DNA of 64,000 nt from Candidatus Iainarchaeum sp. GTDB taxonomy: Archaea > Iainarchaeota > Iainarchaeia > Iainarchaeales > DTGL01. The notes below the pieces were generated by a model that saw nothing but the letters and a program-made list of their open reading frames with translations, was not told the DNA's origin and did not search any database. The stretch spans positions 21,437 to 85,436 of the forward strand of contig JAOAJX010000002.1 of NCBI GenBank assembly GCA_026413945.1, in the 5' to 3' direction. This document shows positions 19,963 through 29,324 of this stretch, piece by piece. The position numbers and the translations under genes are program-made. The stretch's first letter is position 1. Each line of letters begins with the position of its first letter.

Positions 19963-20940
19963 ATGTCTAGGTTAAAAAGATTAAAGGAAATACCTTTGGA
20001 AAAGCTCAATGCTAAAAAATTTATCTTAGAAAAAACAAAAGAAATTCAAGCAAAGGTTGGCGCTGAAAAAGCCATTTGTGCGCTTTCGGGCGGCGTTGAC
20101 TCTGCAGTTGTTGCAATGCTTGGCCATAAAGCAATTGGCAATAGAATGAAAACCTATTTTGTTGACTCTGGCTTAATGAGAGATGGTGAAAAGGAGGAAG
20201 TTATTGAGACTTTTAAGCAACTTGGAATTCATGTTAATACCATACAAGCCAGCAAAATTTTCTTTAATAGATTAAAAGGTATTAAAGATCCAGAAAAAAA
20301 GAGGGAGGCAATAACATTCGCTTTTTACAGAGACGTATTCCCAAAAATAATGAAAAGGGAAGGCACAAAGTTTCTGCTGCATGGCACAAATTATACTGAC
20401 ATTGAAGAAACAGTGAAAGGCATAAAAAGACAGCACAATATCCTATCGCAAATAGGCCTTAACACAATCAAAGAATTTGGTTGTATTGTGCTTGAGCCAT
20501 TGGCTGAGCTTAGAAAACCAGCAATTCGTGTTATAGCAAAAGAGCTTGGCTTACCAAAAGAAATCTATGAAAGAGTGCCATTTCCGGGGCCAGCGCTTGC
20601 AGCTCGTGTCATTGGTGAAGTAACGCTGCAAAAAATAGCCGTGGTGAGAAAAGCCACAAAGATTGTTGAAGAAGAGCTTAGAGAAACAAATGCTTTCCAA
20701 TATTTAGCCATATTGCACGAAGATAAGATTACTGGCATAAAAGAAAATAAACGAGTTTTTGGCAATCAGATTGAAGTGAGGTGCTGGGAAAGTGAAGATG
20801 CTTCAAAAGCAAGGCCAACTGAGCTAAGCTATCAAAAGCTGGCAAGGATTGCTCAAAGAATTACGAATGAGATTCCAAGTGTTGTGAGTGTTACTTATAA
20901 TATTTCAAAAAAGCCGCCCTCAACAATAGAAGCAGTTTAG
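19963..20940 (+). CDS. guaAB: GMP synthase ATP-pyrophosphatase subunit B
   Basis: SGGVDS PP-loop, IKRQHN, PFPGPALAAR, KPPSTIE; no glutaminase domain. Confidence 0.9.
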   Translation: MSRLKRLKEIPLEKLNAKKFILEKTKEIQAKVGAEKAICALSGGVDSAVVAMLGHKAIGNRMKTYFVDSGLMRDGEKEEVIETFKQLGIHVNTIQASKIFFNRLKGIKDPEKKREAITFAFYRDVFPKIMKREGTKFLLHGTNYTDIEETVKGIKRQHNILSQIGLNTIKEFGCIVLEPLAELRKPAIRVIAKELGLPKEIYERVPFPGPALAARVIGEVTLQKIAVVRKATKIVEEELRETNAFQYLAILHEDKITGIKENKRVFGNQIEVRCWESEDASKARPTELSYQKLARIAQRITNEIPSVVSVTYNISKKPPSTIEAV

Positions 20941-21425
20941 CGGCTTGACCAAGGATAAACAACCCAGCCGTCTGCTTCTTTTGCAAAATAATCTGGCCTG
21001 AATTTAGACCAGGGTTTCCAATGCACTGTTAAGAACTTTACTTGCTCCGGTTTTTGCCTTTCTATGTAATTTTTTACTGCAATGCAAGTAGCTCCACTAT
21101 CAGAGACTTCGTCCACAACTAAAACCTTCTTGCCCTTAATGCTTTTATTGAGTTTTTGTACAATCACCGGCTTTTTGTTTGTTTTCATGCCATTTTTTAC
21201 TATATCGTCTTTATAATATTCCACTTTTATTACATAAAGTTCATTATTCTTGAGTTCATGCGATATTATTTGAGCTGGCACAAGACCGCCGCGACTGACA
21301 GCAATTATAACATCTGGTGAAAAACCATCGCTCTTTATTTGAGAAACAAGTTGCCTACAGAGCAAGTCAAATTCATCCCAAGAAACAGAAATCTTTTTTT
21401 CTATGTTTTTTTCGTTGGCACCCAT
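20937..21425 (-). CDS. type I phosphoribosyltransferase (xanthine/guanine PRT-like)
   Basis: SRGGLVPA, VLVVDEVSDSGAT, WVVYPW. Confidence 0.85.
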   Translation of the reverse strand: MGANEKNIEKKISVSWDEFDLLCRQLVSQIKSDGFSPDVIIAVSRGGLVPAQIISHELKNNELYVIKVEYYKDDIVKNGMKTNKKPVIVQKLNKSIKGKKVLVVDEVSDSGATCIAVKNYIERQKPEQVKFLTVHWKPWSKFRPDYFAKEADGWVVYPWSSR

Positions 21426-21428
21426 ATT

Positions 21429-22775
21429 TTATTTAGCACGAAAAACAATAAATTTTTTTCTGCAGATTGCAGAAATAGCCCTTTTTGTACTTTTAATTAT
21501 AAATGATAAGAAATAAATCAAATCTTCCAAATTAGGCAAAATTTCTATCTTAAAGCCAAGGATTCTGTATTTTAAGTATAGATACACAAAGCCAATGTAT
21601 GTGCTTGCTATCTGCGATGCCAACAATCCATAAACGCCAAAGTTTTTAGTAAGCGCTAAGCCTAAAACCAAAGTAACTATGAGTGATATAATTGAGCTTT
21701 TGATAGATAAATCAATCCTTTTTAGCATTGTGCATACACAATTGGCCATTATTAAAAGAGAAGCACCAAAAAGCCAAGCCATGAAAAGAGGCAACAGCAA
21801 ATATGCCTCATTATACTTTGGCAAAAATATGTTAAGTATTAGCGGCGCAAAAATCAACGCAAAAAAGCCGAGAGTTACACTTGCTATCAGAGAAAATTTA
21901 AGACCTTTTGATACCAAGCTGGCCAAATCTCTTCTGCTTTTTGCCCTTTGGCTTGCGAATGGCACTATAACATCAATTAGTGCTAATGTTGGTATTTGCA
22001 CAGCATAAACAGAAATTTTCTCGGCAATATAGTAAAGACCCATTGTTGCAGAGCTTAAAAATAGACCCATGTAAAAAAGAACAGCTTGTATATTTGCCCT
22101 CTGTAAAATGTTTGAGACAAAAAGTTCTTTAGCACATTTTTTAATTTCTTTGAATTCTATGTCTTTTTCCTCAAACTTTTGCTTGCTAAACATTGCGATA
22201 TAAAATATGAAGCCAATTGTTACTGAAATTATTTTAGCGTAAATTGGTCCCGAAACATTGTACCCCAAAAAAACTACAAAAATAAATGCAAACGCAAAGC
22301 TAAGGAAGTTCTCGATAGCGGTAACTATCATTACTTTGCCAAAGCTTTTCAAGCCCTTGAAAAGTGCTTCAAAGAGAAGATAAAACGGAAAGAAAAGGAA
22401 GAGTACGGATGCAGTGCTAAATAGCTTAGCATCACCTCTGCCAATGAGAGAAAGCAAGTGCCCGGAAAAAAGATAAAATACAATGAACATAAAAAAGAAA
22501 ATTGGTATTAGAACTTTTGCAAAGAATAAGAAAAGCGCTCTTGATCTTGCCCTTGGAATATAAACGCAAAGCAGCTGGTAAAAGACATCAGCGCCAAAAA
22601 CGTAAACAATATTTCCAATAAATGCAAGCACAAACATTGCTATGCCATATTGTGTAGGCCCAAGGGCATTTGCAATTATATAATTGTATAAAAGGCCCGT
22701 GACAAGCATTGCAATTCTTGTAGCATAGGAAAATGCTGTGCTTTTGGCAAAAAGCCAAGATTCATCGTTACTCAT
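21429..22775 (-). CDS. oligosaccharide flippase (Wzx/MOP family)
   Basis: Many TM helices, LGPxQYG and GLYYIA motifs; downstream of glycosyltransferases. Confidence 0.8.
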   Translation of the reverse strand: MSNDESWLFAKSTAFSYATRIAMLVTGLLYNYIIANALGPTQYGIAMFVLAFIGNIVYVFGADVFYQLLCVYIPRARSRALFLFFAKVLIPIFFFMFIVFYLFSGHLLSLIGRGDAKLFSTASVLFLFFPFYLLFEALFKGLKSFGKVMIVTAIENFLSFAFAFIFVVFLGYNVSGPIYAKIISVTIGFIFYIAMFSKQKFEEKDIEFKEIKKCAKELFVSNILQRANIQAVLFYMGLFLSSATMGLYYIAEKISVYAVQIPTLALIDVIVPFASQRAKSRRDLASLVSKGLKFSLIASVTLGFFALIFAPLILNIFLPKYNEAYLLLPLFMAWLFGASLLIMANCVCTMLKRIDLSIKSSIISLIVTLVLGLALTKNFGVYGLLASQIASTYIGFVYLYLKYRILGFKIEILPNLEDLIYFLSFIIKSTKRAISAICRKKFIVFRAK

Positions 22776-22799
22776 AAGATTACCATTTCTCAAAAAAAT

Positions 22800-23834
22800 T
22801 TACTCTTCAATTATTTTAAGGAACTTTTTCTCCCATTCCACAACATCGTTGTTCCTTTTTATGAAGTTCCTACATTTTTTTGATATCTTTGAACGATTTT
22901 CCAAAATATAGGAAATCTTCTCAGTTATTTCTGCAGTATCATCAGGTTTATTTAAAATTATTTCGGGTATCGCATCAGCTATTTCATCACCATACCCAGT
23001 TCTAGTAAAAATTGGCGGCGTGCCACAAGCCATAGCTTCGGCTACAGCATAACCGAAACCTTCATGATAAGCTGGATGCAATAATATATCTGCACAGTTA
23101 TATAGCAAAGGCATTTCGCTATCTTTCACGCTCTTAATCCACTGTACTTTTTCGCTCTCGGGGTCAGCCCTGCTCAAGAATACTACTTTATAAAAATCAG
23201 CTGTTTTAATAACTGTTTCAACATTTTTCCAGGGCGCATTACTTCCAACATAAAGCAAGAAGTTTTTTGGTAGATCTAAAGAAAGCTTACTTCTTGCATT
23301 TTTGATTGGTCTGAACTTTCTTGTATCAATTCCATGATGTATTAAGATAGGCTCTTTCAAACCTCTGCTCGTGACATAGTCCTTGACGTGACGGCTAAAG
23401 ACAACAACAATATCGCTTTTTTTCATTGATTTTTCTTGTAGATGCCCAAGGTGTTGTCCCCAAAGGTAATATGGATATGATATTTTGTGCCTTATAGACT
23501 CAAATATGTCACGATAGCAATCATGCAAAAGCATTATCTTTTTTGGTGCTTTTGCATAGTAACCATAATAGTCACTGCTTATCACCACATCAAAGCCATT
23601 GTTTTTCTTATTAAAATGCGCCCCTAAAAGTTTGGCTTTATAGAGTTCTCTATAGGGAAAAAACCTCATAGCGGAAAGAATTATTTTCTGAGATAAATTG
23701 AGTTTAAGATCAGAGAAAGCAAATACGCTCACTTCATGGCCATGTCTTTTAAGCGCATCAGCAAGCATCTTTACAAATACTTCTGCACCACCAATGAAAT
23801 TCAAGGAATTTGGCAGAATAAAAGCGATTTTCAA
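22800..23834 (-). CDS. glycosyltransferase family 4
   Basis: GGAE, HGID, EGFGYAVAEAMACGTP. Confidence 0.9.
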   Translation of the reverse strand: MKIAFILPNSLNFIGGAEVFVKMLADALKRHGHEVSVFAFSDLKLNLSQKIILSAMRFFPYRELYKAKLLGAHFNKKNNGFDVVISSDYYGYYAKAPKKIMLLHDCYRDIFESIRHKISYPYYLWGQHLGHLQEKSMKKSDIVVVFSRHVKDYVTSRGLKEPILIHHGIDTRKFRPIKNARSKLSLDLPKNFLLYVGSNAPWKNVETVIKTADFYKVVFLSRADPESEKVQWIKSVKDSEMPLLYNCADILLHPAYHEGFGYAVAEAMACGTPPIFTRTGYGDEIADAIPEIILNKPDDTAEITEKISYILENRSKISKKCRNFIKRNNDVVEWEKKFLKIIEE

Positions 23835-24787
23835 CTAACTCCCCCCCTTGCCTTTAAAGTTGTCCAATAATAAATGAAAACAAAAAAATTTATGAGATAC
23901 CACAAGTAAAGAAAGAAGGAATAAGCTGCTAACTCTTTTATGGTGTACTTTCTCTTGCGTGCTTTTGAAGCTAAATAGATTATGCCGGTGACTGACAGTG
24001 ATAAAGCAATTATTAGAAAAGGAAACATCTTGATACCGAGCAAATATGAGAAAAATATGCCCCAAGCAATACAGCCATATGCTAACTCCCTAAAAATGCT
24101 GTAACCGAAATGCTCATGATAGAGTTTAGGAAACTTTTTGTAAAGCAACAGCGTATTCCTTGTTATATGCTGATTTTTTAAAAAGTTGATTGGGTTTACC
24201 AATTTTGCAGGATGAAAAACCCTGACGGTTGGGCTAAAAACTATTTTGTATCCCTTTGAGATTATTTTGAATGCTAGGTCCGTATCCTCTGCAAAATAAC
24301 AATATCTTTCATCAAAGCCACCTACTGCTTCAAGAGCAAATTTTTTGAAAGCATAGTTTGCGGATATATATCTCCCACCAGTGAGGTTTTCGGGAGCTTG
24401 TTCGTACAAGTGGTTAAAGTTGCTGTATATCAAGCCTTCCACGCCGGCTATGTCTTCATTTTTTTTGAAAATTTTATCTATTTCTTCAAGCCAATCTTTA
24501 TCTGGAATGCAATCATCGTCAGTGAATGCAATTATTTTTCCTTTTGCTTTTTTTATTCCATAATTCCTCTTTACATCACAGCACTTGTTTTTGATCTTAT
24601 AAAACTTTACTTTGTGCTTTCTAAATTTTTTGCTAATTGAACCAAAAGTATTATCTTTGGTGTCACTAATAACCAATACTTCGTATTTTTCTTTAGGATA
24701 AGTCTGCTGCAATAAAGAACCCAGCGCTATGCTTAGCTTATCGGGTCTTTTATGCGTAGGAATCACCACGCTTATTTCAGGTTGCAT
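23831..24787 (-). CDS. glycosyltransferase family 2
   Basis: SVVIPT, FTDDDC, GGFDE, EDTDL; C-terminal TMs. Confidence 0.9.
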   Translation of the reverse strand: MQPEISVVIPTHKRPDKLSIALGSLLQQTYPKEKYEVLVISDTKDNTFGSISKKFRKHKVKFYKIKNKCCDVKRNYGIKKAKGKIIAFTDDDCIPDKDWLEEIDKIFKKNEDIAGVEGLIYSNFNHLYEQAPENLTGGRYISANYAFKKFALEAVGGFDERYCYFAEDTDLAFKIISKGYKIVFSPTVRVFHPAKLVNPINFLKNQHITRNTLLLYKKFPKLYHEHFGYSIFRELAYGCIAWGIFFSYLLGIKMFPFLIIALSLSVTGIIYLASKARKRKYTIKELAAYSFFLYLWYLINFFVFIYYWTTLKARGGVS

Positions 24788-24821
24788 CTATAACACCCAA
24801 CAAATTATCTATGGTTATCAA

Positions 24822-24837
24822 CGAAACTTTTAAATAG
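24822..24837 (+). promoter_or_regulatory. BRE/TATA promoter of the 24858 gene (leaderless spacing)
   Basis: CGAAAC-TTTTAAATAG ending about 20 nt before the ATG. Confidence 0.55.
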
Positions 24838-24857
24838 GGAAAAAGTATGGGTTATAT

Positions 24858-25703
24858 ATGCCAAAAACTCCAAAAAGATTCCCTAGAGGCGGCAGAAAAG
24901 CTGAAATACCTGTTGATAGACCTAGAGAGAAAAAAACAGCCGAGTCAATAATGATGGAATGCGTGCAGATCCTCAAAAGCAATTCGCCCAGAGAAAAGAA
25001 AGCAGAGTTGATATCTGTTCAGTCAGCCATTATATTGAATCACATTAAAAATGGCATTATTCCTTGGAAGACCGGCAGGCGCATATTGAGGGCATTGCAA
25101 CTAAAGACTGAAAAAGCACTTAAGTCAGAAAATTTAGCATTAGCATATGCTGGTGCATATGAGCCAAAAGTTTTTTTAGAAGTTGAATCACTTGTAAAGA
25201 GCAGAGCCCTAAGCAAGCCAGCTGCAGCGCGCCTTGTAGCCGACTATCTAAAAAACCTGTTCTCAAGCAAGAAAATGTTGCACGATCTTGTTGTTTCAGA
25301 AAAGCCGCTTGATTGGAAGCTTAAATTCATCGAATTGAACAAAGGACTTTCAGAAACAAAAGCAAAACAATTTGGCCTTACCCAAGCAATGAAAGATGAA
25401 ATATCAAGAAAGCTTGCTCGCATTACGGATGCTGTGCTTGACTATGAAGCAAGAAAAACCACTCATATCGTAAATACCGAAATCTTTGGTGCAATCGAGC
25501 ATGCTGCAAAAAAAGGTCTTATTACAGAAGAACAAAAAAACGCATTAAGACATACGGCAATAAAGAGCCAACTTACTAGCATGTTGGTTGGCAGAACAAA
25601 AACATACAATTATGTTTCCCTCGAATTTGAGATTAGGCAATTGCCTCCTGATATGCGGGCTGATTTAATAGATCTTATAAAGAAGTTAAGGGCAAGTTTT
25701 TAA
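24858..25703 (+). CDS. hypothetical helical protein with basic N-terminal leader
   Basis: 281-aa ORF with its own promoter; begins MPKTPKRFPRGGRK. Confidence 0.7.
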   Translation: MPKTPKRFPRGGRKAEIPVDRPREKKTAESIMMECVQILKSNSPREKKAELISVQSAIILNHIKNGIIPWKTGRRILRALQLKTEKALKSENLALAYAGAYEPKVFLEVESLVKSRALSKPAAARLVADYLKNLFSSKKMLHDLVVSEKPLDWKLKFIELNKGLSETKAKQFGLTQAMKDEISRKLARITDAVLDYEARKTTHIVNTEIFGAIEHAAKKGLITEEQKNALRHTAIKSQLTSMLVGRTKTYNYVSLEFEIRQLPPDMRADLIDLIKKLRASF

Positions 25704-26363
25704 CTTCTGTTCTTTAGAGTATAAAAAATAAGAGTATATAAAAAGCAGAGCTATTGAAATAATTATTGAAAAGACTGATGCCAAAATAATTTCTGGTGCC
25801 ATGTTAGCAAAAATGGCTGCAAAAAGTAATATGGCACCTTGAAAGAGAAAAAGAAAGCTCCCAAGGCGGTGCGTTTTTTCCCAAACAGTATCGCTGCTTA
25901 AAGTCCATGGTGTCCTTATGCCAATGAACCAATTGCGTTTTGATTTTTTTAACAAAAAGGAGAGATAAATAAAGAGCAGACTGAGTGCCATGAGCAAAAG
26001 TTGGTTAATATTTATTTTGTAACCTAAACCAAAAGAGAGCAAAATGATATGAATGTATAGAAAAAAAAGAATAATAACTATCACAAAACCCTTAAAATAA
26101 GGCATGAAAAATGAATAATTTTCCTTTAAGGGATCTATTTTTGGGAGATATGCAAGCAGAAGCACAATTATAAAGGAGGACAGAGGCATGATCATCAGTG
26201 CAAATTCCTTTTGCATATAACCATCTACCTCGCCCTTTATGTTCCAATGGATTGGCATCTTGTCTGGCAGATAAGGAAAAAAATACGCGCTCAGTACAAA
26301 AAAAGAGACTAATATCAAAAAAATTAAAAGCCAGAAATTATCAATGTTTAACATTTCGTTCAA
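25686..26363 (-). CDS. SdpI/DUF1648 family membrane protein
   Basis: LPDKMPIHWNIKGEVDG, KRNWFIGIRTPWTL..VWEKTHR. Confidence 0.9.
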   Translation of the reverse strand: MNEMLNIDNFWLLIFLILVSFFVLSAYFFPYLPDKMPIHWNIKGEVDGYMQKEFALMIMPLSSFIIVLLLAYLPKIDPLKENYSFFMPYFKGFVIVIILFFLYIHIILLSFGLGYKININQLLLMALSLLFIYLSFLLKKSKRNWFIGIRTPWTLSSDTVWEKTHRLGSFLFLFQGAILLFAAIFANMAPEIILASVFSIIISIALLFIYSYFLYSKEQKLKTCP

Positions 26364-27357
26364 TCCCCAAAAGCTTTTTCATTTCTTCATATTTTGGTGG
26401 CAAACGATAGCCAATGGCAACAATTATGCGCCTTTTTTCATTAGGATCTCTTATACCAAACCTTTCAAATGCTTTTTCAAAGTTTGCGGCTTCTTTATTA
26501 AAGATTGTACTTCTTAAAAGCTCCCACTCATCTTTGCTCATGCCTCTGAAAATTTTCATTTGTAAAGATTTCAAAGCCTTTTTATCACCAAAAAAAATTC
26601 CTGAAAAAATTTTTTCCAATATGATGGGCCTTTCTCTAGGCATTACCGCCTTGGGATTTATTAATCGTGTTGCGGCATCAAGCTTTAATCCGTATTTTCT
26701 GCAGAGCTGAAGCGCCTTCATTTCTAGCCTTGGAGCAGTGCCGATAAAGACAACATCTATGTCGGATTGCGGAACAAAATACCCTTTGGCCATGCTGCCA
26801 CGTACAATCATACCAACATAGCCTCTGCCAAATTTCAACTTTAATTGATTGTTTATTGCTTTTAGCTTGTTAGCTTTTTCGAAAAAACTTTTTATGAAAG
26901 GGGTTGCTAAATAGGGCTTACGTCTTGTCAAAAGATATTTCTTTGTTTGGTGCTCTGGCAAATCTTGAGCTTTAATCTTGCCCATTTCAATATGTTCTTT
27001 TGACGTTATGCTTTCACTAACAAATGCAAGCTCGCTCTGTATTCTTGCTCTTTGCTCTGGAGCAAAGCTCTCCAAGGCTTTTGGGACATGCTTCATTAGA
27101 AATGATTGGCTTTTTGTGGAAAGGGCACTAATAGCAGCTGAGCGCAAAGCGGGATTTGTGCCTATAAGTGCAGCAAGTGCAATTTTAAGCGGCAGTCTTC
27201 TTCGTCCAAGCGCACGATAAAATGCAGCATCTTGGCTTTTATTCCAAATATTCGCATACCCTATCCTTATGCCTGCTTTTTTAGCGCATCTCAGCTGTTC
27301 TGCAGCAACCTTAAGCTGCTCAGCGTATTTTGTTGTCATTTTCCTTTGCGCTCGCAT
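26341..27357 (-). CDS. Pol-beta superfamily nucleotidyltransferase with long basic N-terminal extension
   Basis: IVRGSMAKG..SDIDV (GS + DxD) signature. Confidence 0.7.
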   Translation of the reverse strand: MRAQRKMTTKYAEQLKVAAEQLRCAKKAGIRIGYANIWNKSQDAAFYRALGRRRLPLKIALAALIGTNPALRSAAISALSTKSQSFLMKHVPKALESFAPEQRARIQSELAFVSESITSKEHIEMGKIKAQDLPEHQTKKYLLTRRKPYLATPFIKSFFEKANKLKAINNQLKLKFGRGYVGMIVRGSMAKGYFVPQSDIDVVFIGTAPRLEMKALQLCRKYGLKLDAATRLINPKAVMPRERPIILEKIFSGIFFGDKKALKSLQMKIFRGMSKDEWELLRSTIFNKEAANFEKAFERFGIRDPNEKRRIIVAIGYRLPPKYEEMKKLLGIERNVKH

Positions 27358-27417
27358 TGTAACCTTTTTCCATTATAGTTTTTTTATTTTTTAATGCTTT
27401 TGTTTAATTGTTTAATT

Positions 27418-27702
27418 ATGAAGATAACTAATTATGGCTTTTTCGGAGCCCTGTCCTCAAAAAAAAGGTTTTCAATTATTAAAGCGTTAATGAAAGAAGA
27501 ACTTTCTGTAAAAGAGATATGCACAAAACTGCGCTGTGAACAAACAAATGTATCGCATCAGCTAAAAATTCTTCAAAATTATGGCATTGTTTTTTCCAAA
27601 AGAGCTGGTAAGAAAAAGATTTATTCAATCAATGAGGAGTTGAGGCCAATTATTAGACAAGCACAAAGGTTCGTAAGAAAAAATTGCATAAATAAAGCTT
27701 AA
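27418..27702 (+). CDS. ArsR/SmtB family transcriptional regulator
   Basis: FGAL..KRFSII..LSVKEI..QTNVSHQLKIL..YSI. Confidence 0.85.
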   Translation: MKITNYGFFGALSSKKRFSIIKALMKEELSVKEICTKLRCEQTNVSHQLKILQNYGIVFSKRAGKKKIYSINEELRPIIRQAQRFVRKNCINKA

Positions 27703-28265
27703 ATTTGGTGGGCTTTTAGCCAGAGGGCAAGCTTTTCTGCTGCTAAGGCTCTATGAGATATTTCGTTTTTTTCACTGCGGGCCATCATGCATAATGGCTT
27801 CTTACCATTAAACGGGATGAATATTCTTTCGTATGGCATTACCTTTTTGCTCTTACACCATACACGTTGTGATATTCTTCCTTTGAGCTTCCCAACGAAA
27901 ACTTTGGTTTTTTTTCCATCTGTATAGCATATTGCTGTCTTAAAATAAGCTAAGTTTGATTTCTTTGCAGCCATTTTCAAGAGACCTTCATAGCCGATTT
28001 TCTCAAATATGCGCTTAGCCATTACTCCTGGAAAATTAGAATAGCCTTGGAAAAACACGCCAGTATCTTCGACTATTAGCGGCTTACCAAAGATCTTGTA
28101 TGCTTCAGCGGCTTTTTGTCTGGCTATCGCCTCAACATTTTTTGCGCCATCTTCAGAAAGCTCTGCCTTTTGCCACATTAGCTTTACTCCATGCTTTGCC
28201 AAAATCTTTTTTAGCTCGAGAAATTTGTGCCTATTGCTTGAGACAAAGATTAGCAAAAGCGACAC
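27699..28265 (-). CDS. rdgB: non-canonical purine NTP pyrophosphatase (Ham1/RdgB)
   Basis: SSNRHK, VEDTG, FPG, KNEISHR. Confidence 0.9.
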   Translation of the reverse strand: MSLLLIFVSSNRHKFLELKKILAKHGVKLMWQKAELSEDGAKNVEAIARQKAAEAYKIFGKPLIVEDTGVFFQGYSNFPGVMAKRIFEKIGYEGLLKMAAKKSNLAYFKTAICYTDGKKTKVFVGKLKGRISQRVWCKSKKVMPYERIFIPFNGKKPLCMMARSEKNEISHRALAAEKLALWLKAHQI

Positions 28266-28520
28266 CTAAAAAAAACCTTTTCTTTTTTCAGGGTATAAAC
28301 CGGAAACAAAGAACATAAACGCACCAAAAAATATGAAAAAAAAGCCAATAGCGTAAAAAAATTTTAAATTTGCTGCCAATGCTAAAGACTTATTTGCAGG
28401 TAACTCATTCGTTCTTTTCCCATTACTCAAAAATGGCTCCATAAAAAAGTAAGCCAGAACAATAAAAAAAATTCCTGTGACATAGAAAAATAAAGCATTA
28501 GTTTTTGTTAAGAATGGCAT
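28266..28520 (-). CDS. small 2-TM hypothetical protein
   Basis: Two hydrophobic helices; fills the gap in a co-oriented run. Confidence 0.55.
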   Translation of the reverse strand: MPFLTKTNALFFYVTGIFFIVLAYFFMEPFLSNGKRTNELPANKSLALAANLKFFYAIGFFFIFFGAFMFFVSGLYPEKRKGFF

Positions 28521-28532
28521 AATTTTATAAAA

Positions 28533-29120
28533 CTACAAAAAAGCTTTAAAGACAACAAGGTCTTCAAAGAAAAAATGCTTTCTCGTAAGAACATTATATT
28601 TAAACCCAACATATTTAAGCTTTTGTTTAGTTTCTGCTTCATTGGTAATGCTGCTTTGAATAAAGTAAGCGCTGCCATTTTTTTTAAGAAATCTAGGCAA
28701 ATGTTCAATAAATCTGAATAAAAGCTCGTTTCCTTTTTTGCCACCGTCAAGAGCTTTGTCTTCTTTGCCATTATTCGGCAGATAAGGCGGATTAAAAACA
28801 ATGCAATCAAACTTTTTACCTTTGACTGGCTCGAATAAGTCACCATACAATATCTTTGCGTTTGAGGAAAAGCCAAGGCGCTTTATGTTTTCTTCTGTAT
28901 TTTTTAAAGCATATTTGTTTATATCAGTCGCTGTAACTATTGCTCCTTGCCTAAGTAGATTTATTGCTTGAATTCCACAACCACAGCCAATATCAAGTGC
29001 ACTTGTGCCTGGCATAACTCTTACATTTTCAGCCAAAAGATAGGAATCCTCAAAAGGCTCGTAAACTGAATCATAGACAATAAGCTCAAAACCATGAAAA
29101 AACACTTTCCTCATCCGCAT
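28533..29120 (-). CDS. HemK2/PrmC-type SAM methyltransferase
   Basis: VYEPxEDSYLL, LDIGCGCG, FNPPYL, ALDGG. Confidence 0.9.
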   Translation of the reverse strand: MRMRKVFFHGFELIVYDSVYEPFEDSYLLAENVRVMPGTSALDIGCGCGIQAINLLRQGAIVTATDINKYALKNTEENIKRLGFSSNAKILYGDLFEPVKGKKFDCIVFNPPYLPNNGKEDKALDGGKKGNELLFRFIEHLPRFLKKNGSAYFIQSSITNEAETKQKLKYVGFKYNVLTRKHFFFEDLVVFKAFL

Positions 29121-29168
29121 AAGCTAATAAACCAAACAAATTTAAACATTGGCACACTTAAGTTAATA

Positions 29169-29244
29169 GCGGATTGGCAGCCTGGTTTGATTGGTTTAAA
29201 GACCAGCAAAACCAACTCTCTTAGCAGCATACTGCCAATCCGCA
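29169..29244 (+). ncRNA. candidate structured small RNA of unknown family
   Basis: Perfect 12-bp terminal stem GCGGATTGGCAG/CTGCCAATCCGC, inner hairpin, TTTAAA box about 25 nt upstream, pyrimidine tract downstream; strand inferred. Confidence 0.55.
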
Positions 29245-29324
29245 TTTTCACTTCTTCTTAGTATAAGAAAAGTATAAATAATACCTCTGACATTTATATC
29301 TTAACTAAAAAAGGAGGTATTGCT

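Noticed and set aside
28508-28876. 122-aa alternate-frame ORF within hemK2 and many similar nested ORFs in the track
   Set aside because: They overlap well-supported genes and show no recognisable motifs
29169-29244. Calling the hairpin a tRNA, SRP RNA or C/D or H/ACA guide
   Set aside because: No TTC T-loop or 7-nt anticodon loop; only the AGCA half of the SRP helix-8 loop is present, without CAGG or a GNRA loop; no RTGATGA/CTGA boxes or ACA tail
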